This document shows, piece after piece, positions 37,218-64,000 of a DNA stretch of 64,000 nucleotides (positions are counted from its first letter, which is position 1; every line of letters begins with the position of its first letter). The stretch is taken from contig JAQGDQ010000009.1 in assembly GCA_030141605.1 (NCBI GenBank), forward strand, positions 1,054,001 to 1,118,000, read 5' to 3'. This DNA comes from Tubiluchus corallicola (lineage: Eukaryota > Animalia > Priapulida). The notes under the pieces were generated by a model. The model was not told the DNA's origin. It did no database searches and saw only the letters and a list, made by a program, of their open reading frames with translations. Made by a program: the position numbers and the translations under genes.

Positions 37218-40200
37218 CGAGTAGACTGTGCATGAGTTGGAAACTTAAAAAGTGTTATATTGAGCACTCACCTTTATTAATGTTCTAAATCATTTGCTTG
37301 ATTCCTGAGCTACTGCTGATGTTGCATTTGTTACTTGCAACTGTTCCAGCCATGGAGAAGCTCCATTAGTGAATGGAGAAATGGACTGTTAACTTCATTT
37401 CGCACTCAGTCAGATCATGTGCACTGACTTCTGATATCCCATTGCTAATTGTCAGATTGATGTAGCCTGTGGCACAATTCTCATCTTGCCATTCGTGTAA
37501 TTCAAAAGGTTGTGTTAATGTACATGCAAAGGGTAAAATAACAAAAATGCTGATGTCAGTAGCTCGTCGTTCTTTTTGTTGGTCTAATGGTGTTTTTGGT
37601 TTTGTGTAGGTTCTATAGGAGATCAAGATCTTTTTCTTCCTCCAGGCTGTGTAGAAAAGTTAGAGGTGTTTGAAATCTTTCAGACAGTGTGCCATAAATG
37701 GAAATGTGACTGATCATTTCAAATTCATTTCTTTATTGTTTATTAAATTGTTTTAGATTATTTAATAGTGTACTATTAGAAGTTTTTAATAAAAGAAAAT
37801 AATTTAAAACAATTTGCTAATTTATTTCTTTTCACTAATAAGGAGGCAGTTTAAGAGCAAAGCCTTTAGTTGTCCTGTGTCTCTAGCTTTTTTGTGGCCA
37901 CTTAAACATTTTGTTATATTTTTTACTTTTGTTTATCAAAAATTAGAAAACATAGAAGTGAGATGTGCCTTAATTTTTTATATACTCCAAGGTAAAAAAG
38001 GAAATTTTTTGGTATTATCTTGAAATTGTTGGAAATTAAAAATGGTTAAATTGTCAGAGCAATTTTTGACTTAAATGTATTATTTGCTAAACTGTTGATA
38101 TGTAGTAACGCTAAGGAATATGTTATAAGTGTAAAATCAGTTTGCTAGAAGTAAAAATAATTGTCGCTCTCAAACATTTTGCAGCTGAGTAGTAAAGTCG
38201 AAATGATAAAGTACTTTTAATATTTTACCTATTTAATACATAATTACATTCCATGTTGAACCTTAGATAGGTGTTGTCCTTTAGATAATGTTGGGAAAAA
38301 CGACTTTAAAATGTGTATCTTGTTTGTTATTATAGTGGACAAATTTAAAATTGTTTAATGTTATCTCAATGCTCAAGTGTGCATTTGTAACTTGTATATG
38401 ACCAATATATATGCTAGGCAACGTTTATCTTCTTTATGATGTGTATTGATACAAATAAAAAAATATTTCAGTTGCAATTTTACAAGTATTGGCTAACTGG
38501 TACTTTAAGTACGTGTTATGAGCACTTCACTGTTATGAGCATGCTGGATGACATTACTCAAGACATTTTTGCTGATTTTATATGAATAGTGTTTAATTAT
38601 TAAAGTTGAGATAATCTGCTTTTAAATATCATTGACAGTATATCTACTAGACTACTTGTAAGATTGTAAGAATAGAGTGACATCAACATTGCTTTTGAAT
38701 GAAGTGCAGAGTATGTGATGATGGTTATAATATGGGGTGTCTCATAAGTCGCTATGCAGTTTGATGATATGAAATTTCGAATTATAAAAACTAGAATTGA
38801 TATCTTGACACCTTTTGTATTATTTATTTCAGCTCTGAGTTTTGTTTTGTGTGGCTTGTTCAGTAAAACTTTTGAAACTACTCAAGCTGATTTTAATATA
38901 CTTTTGTATTTTTAGAAAGACTGCAATTTCATATACAAATTCAGCAATGACCTGCTTGATAAGCACAATGTACATCAATGTAAGTGACATAATGCAAATA
39001 TCTAATTGATTAAATTGTTTGATTGACTCAAAGTTAGTTTAGTAGAAAATGCATCCATTTGTAAAGGACTGGGATTTGTCATTCAACTCAGATTTTCTGA
39101 GTAAGCTTGCTGTGCCGTAATTACATAAAATTTTAATGCTAAGAATGATTATGTATTACGTATTTAGCTTTTTATTTACGTCATTACTCTAACTATGATT
39201 CTTAATTGATTTTTCAGGAAGAAATTCTATTGCTACGGTTGTTACTGTGGACGACTTGCTATTCTGCGCTGTGCAGAGTGCTTTTACATGCAAAGTATGC
39301 AGCTGTGAGTATTATATTAAAGGTCTTTCACATAGTAATTAATTTTTTTGTATTCTATCTACATCATTTTTAGAATAAACTTATTTAAAAAAAATGTGTG
39401 GGCATGCATTTTATTTGAGAAATTCTAGTTATTTAAATAGCATTTGAGGTGCATTAATTATTATCATTATCACTGTCACTTTTCATCAGTGTTAACAATT
39501 TTTGTTGTCCAAAATACAAAATCTCTGGGTGTTTGACTGGCCTTTGATAAGTTATGACAAATAATTAATAATTTTTAGGTATGTTGCCATGTTGCTTCTA
39601 TAATAAATGTTAAAAGTACAAGCTTTCAATAGATTTTCTTGTAAGTGATCTGATTTTATGTCGCACAGTATTTACTCACAGTCATGTGCCTCAGTTTGGA
39701 TAAAATGGAAAAATGCAATGAAAGCAAATATGCCACATAAAAATTATAAACAATTTATTATAATTTAACATTAATAACCACCAAAGCACCACATTACCAA
39801 CCAGCTGCCTTTCTTTCTTAATCAAAACTAAATAAATTAATCTTTATTCCAACAAACCATCAAAATAGCACCAAATATATATATTTAGCAACGCTATCAA
39901 AATTACATAGTTTATAGTACATATCAAAATTAATGATATTTTTTCTTTGGTCCGTATATTATCACAATTTGTACAAAGATAATAACTGGTACCTTTTTAT
40001 AGAAATACCAAATATTATATATGAAAATACTTTGTGAATATGTTAATCACATTATTTTTATATCGCAGAAATACAGAGCAAAATTAACTATTAAGACTAA
40101 ACATTAAACAGACTAATTTAATGACCTACCTATGATTCCAAACTATCGGAACAATCATATTTTACAATGCTTATAAAATATACGTAATGATTAAAGAATC

Positions 40201-40874
40201 TGACATTCAACGTCATTAGAGTCCTGTAATATTACGACTAATTTTTAGTCTTATATGCGAATTTTGACAATGACTACTTTGGCTTAACAATAATAATGGC
40301 TGCAATTACTTATCTGCACAAATCTTCCAGCGATTTTTATCATTTCTACTAATACACCGACAAGTGATGCATTACTGAATAGTATTTTGTGTAATGAACA
40401 GGACATGTTTCCTTTCACAAGAAACGTGCATCATATTATCGGTTTACAGCAAGCAAAACAACAGTAGATGTCACAGCATTGCACTATGACATACTTATTT
40501 GAGGTACAGCAGAAACAATTTCATTGCAGCATTTTCCAATCCTGCAAGCCTCAATTAAGCAACAATGTTGATACAATTTTTCACTTCAAGTATTGTGCAC
40601 TAATGACATGGTCCAAAAAACTTGCACTAGTGAACAAAATAACTTGAACGTATAATTATCATTATTATTAGCAGATGTTTTACTATTCGGGAATTTTACA
40701 ATGTAACACTGTCATCAATTACAGAACTCTTAACTAATGAAAGCGGACTGATAAAAACCTGAACTCTGAAAGAATGCAATATTATTCAAGACGTTATTCT
40801 CTAAATTTGTATGCTGCTCCTAGCACTTGTTCAAGTTTTGACAGTTTCGGCTTTCACTTCCTGTTATTACATTA

Positions 40875-40954
40875 TTCAAAATGTGTCGTTGCTGCATGGA
40901 ATTAAATTATCTAGTTCAAAATGTGTCGTTGCTGCATGGAATTAAATTATCTAG
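40875..40954. repeat. Perfect 2 x 40-bp tandem repeat
   Basis: ttcaaaatgtgtcgttgctgcatggaattaaattatctag occurs twice. Confidence 0.95.
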
Positions 40955-41681
40955 TACTCATATTATACAAGTCTTAAAATTATATGAAGAATAAGGGCAC
41001 TAGCTGCGATTTACAAAACCCGTCACTTCATGATTATATTAACAGGATACATGGAGGTTCTTTTTGACAAACTCACCAAACTCAGTTTTGATATTATACA
41101 TTTCAACAAAATGACAGCAGTAATAACCTAAATTCCTAATTGAGATAAGATTTTCCAACAATCAACATTCTAATTTCTGATTTCCTAATTGAGCAACTCG
41201 TGTTACGTAACATAAAAATGTCTGTTTAATTGCCTTCAAATAATTATGTACAAATGCTATAGTTCCACCAATAACAACTACTGAAGGTACAAAATGTAAT
41301 ACTGAAGATTAATATAAGTATCATCAATTGACTGACTAGGAAGGATCACCTCAGTAACTGCCAAGTATAGTGTTTGTGTGCTTTCTGCTTATAATAAAAA
41401 ACCATTTTGTTGTATCTGGTATATTAAACTGATTTGTTAAATCGAAAAAATAAATAAAATTAGTTAACAACATTTCTATGGATGTTTAAATCATCATGAT
41501 TATCTGTCACCTAATTAGGCACTCTATGTATCTAATTAAGTAAACATCTATGAGTCTAACATTTGTACAGTTCTGATTTTATATTTATATTGTAAGTTCA
41601 CTTAAATGTCTTTAGCGTAATTACATATACGAGATATATCACTACTGGCAGATGTTACTTCTGAATTGTAACTAGGTATAT

Positions 41682-41754
41682 TCAGAGGTTTGTCGCAATC
41701 ACCAGATCCGCAGTACTTTTGTCACCATTGATCTGAATTAGAGGAACATCTTCC
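41682..41754 (-). CDS. Candidate distal terminal exon of gene B
   Basis: ctttag acceptor; the phase-2 frame reads EDVPLIQINGDKSTADLVIATNL*; joins in frame to a TT|gtaaca donor at 43161. Confidence 0.5.
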
Positions 41755-41846
41755 CTAAAGATTAATTCCATAAAGGCATGAGTAGACAGTATTAGCTAGC
41801 AAAAATTATAACAAATATCTCACAGAAGCGTACTGACAACATTAAC

Positions 41847-42445
41847 CAGTGGCGGCTCGTGTATAATTACTGTGAAACTGCAACACCCCGTTTTCACTCA
41901 TTATTATCAATAAAATTTCAATATTATAAGTATTTTTCCTTTAGTTCTTTTTTTATACTTGTGCGGAACCGGAGCATATGAGGGAAGTACAATTTGCTTC
42001 ACAGCCCAAGCAACGTGATGTTTTGCTGTTCTGCACATGCGGTCATTCGCACAAGTCTGAGATAATATGCTGTACGCTAGCCTCTGCTGCTAGGTAAAAA
42101 AGTACTGTTTCTAACCCAGCAACAACTGCCACGTGCTTATCATATTCTTCGACGTGATGAAGTGTAGATTTAGCGTGTGTGCTTAAAACATAAATTATTT
42201 TATAATGGACGCCTTGCATCTTCAACAAATAAGTTCTGTGAGTATAAGTGAACTACTACAGCTTAATTTTTCACATTTGCACGAGAAAGTTACAGTTAAG
42301 AAAAGAGGCCGTTTAACACCTGATCTTCAAATATAACTACAAAATTAAAATTACATATGTTTGTTACGCTTCACACAATATTAAAACAATGGCTAAAATT
42401 TTCTGAAAAAGCACTCCCGCTAATTTTAGCTATGAGCCGCCACTG
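41847..42445. mobile_element. Non-autonomous hAT element
   Basis: Perfect 12-bp TIRs CAGTGGCGGCTC / GAGCCGCCACTG with an exact 8-bp target-site duplication ACATTAAC (41839-41846, 42446-42453). Confidence 0.92.
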
Positions 42446-43157
42446 ACATTAACAGTAGTAAATCTGTTTGTGCCTGAAATGCAATCTCTTTTATCAGATC
42501 CAAACTTTCTAATAATAAATTTATACCTTATAAGAATAAAATGATTCACTTATAAATGGCACATATTTCAAAAACAAAGAAATGTGTGTATAAAACATGT
42601 TGCCATACGAAAATATCTTCTTAAGAGGCACCAGCTGCCATTTACATGCAAAAATCATAAATTATACAAAACTATTTCCACCCTAAAGTTTATAATACAA
42701 AGCCCAGTCAGTTAACTTTATCTTACATGCACAGACAGAACTGATTTGCTAAGTGCTGAAAAGGTTAGTCATCCAATTATAAAGGAAATTACATCAGCTA
42801 GAAAAAGTTTAACTACACGTTAAACTAGAGAAGCCATTATGTGAATGTGAAGCAATGACATGTGCATATATAGTTATCATTGCCATATAGTTATCGTTGA
42901 TATCAAACCAGTATCAGATGAAAAACTACAGTGCAAATTTATTCATAAACAATGTGAATTATAGCATTAAAATCAAGTGTGTTAGCAAAAATCGAGCCAT
43001 GCAACAATTGCATTAACATTTTAAAATAAAAATTAAATCAGATGTGATGTACTGTGTTAGTAAGTTCACATGCGGTTGGTGCAATAAAACAATCAATGGC
43101 ATTCTAGTACAGTAAACAAATAATAATGCAGTGCAAAATATCAACAATGACAAGTTG

Positions 43158-63680
<20,523 letters not shown>

Positions 63681-64000
63681 CTGAAATAAGAGTACAAATG
63701 TTTACAAACAAAAAACATTTTACTAGGACAAAGAAAATTTAAAAACCAGTTAAGTATGCATCACCAAAGGCTTGTAACAGATCTTTTACACTTCTGTAGA
63801 TGACAAACAAAACATGAAAAAAAATAGTAAAATAACACGTGAGAAGAAAGAACAAGGAAAAATTTTGTTACTAACATGACAACATCAAATTAATCTGTAA
63901 AAAGTAAAAACCCATAGCTTTACGTTATATATATTTAACAACACGACAGCTACCTGTAAATTTTACCGCAAAGGAGATTTTTGAAGGCAGCTTACAATAA

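Noticed and set aside
36970-37288. Poly-Thr/Ala and poly-Val/Ala ORFs (also 47915-48227)
   Set aside because: They are translations of trinucleotide microsatellites, open on both strands.

Overview
AT-rich animal (probably invertebrate) genomic DNA with spliceosomal introns; most listed ORFs are single exons or artefacts. It holds two receptor protein tyrosine phosphatase genes of the R3/PTP10D type (FN3 ectodomain, one TM, one PTP domain) arranged tail-to-tail. Gene A is on + (66-33007, 5' end outside the window) and gene B is on - (63680 down to 43158/41682, 5' end outside). A single-exon class A GPCR (35584-36618, -) lies between them. The ectodomain halves are near-identical, introns included, while the TM/cytoplasmic halves are anciently diverged: B has a canonical catalytic site, A has degenerate motifs (WPD->YVD, HCSAGVGR->HCSSGSGR, QTxxQY->QTEAEY) but an intact frame. 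This resembles a paired-receptor system. Gene B also has two tandem 152-nt versions of the exon encoding the WPD loop to the catalytic Cys; they cannot both be included in frame (candidate mutually exclusive exons), and Rbfox/STAR-type motifs lie between them. Introns contain Tigger/pogo and hAT elements, LINE/SINE remnants and local duplications. All exon calls and identities were read by eye and lack transcript evidence.
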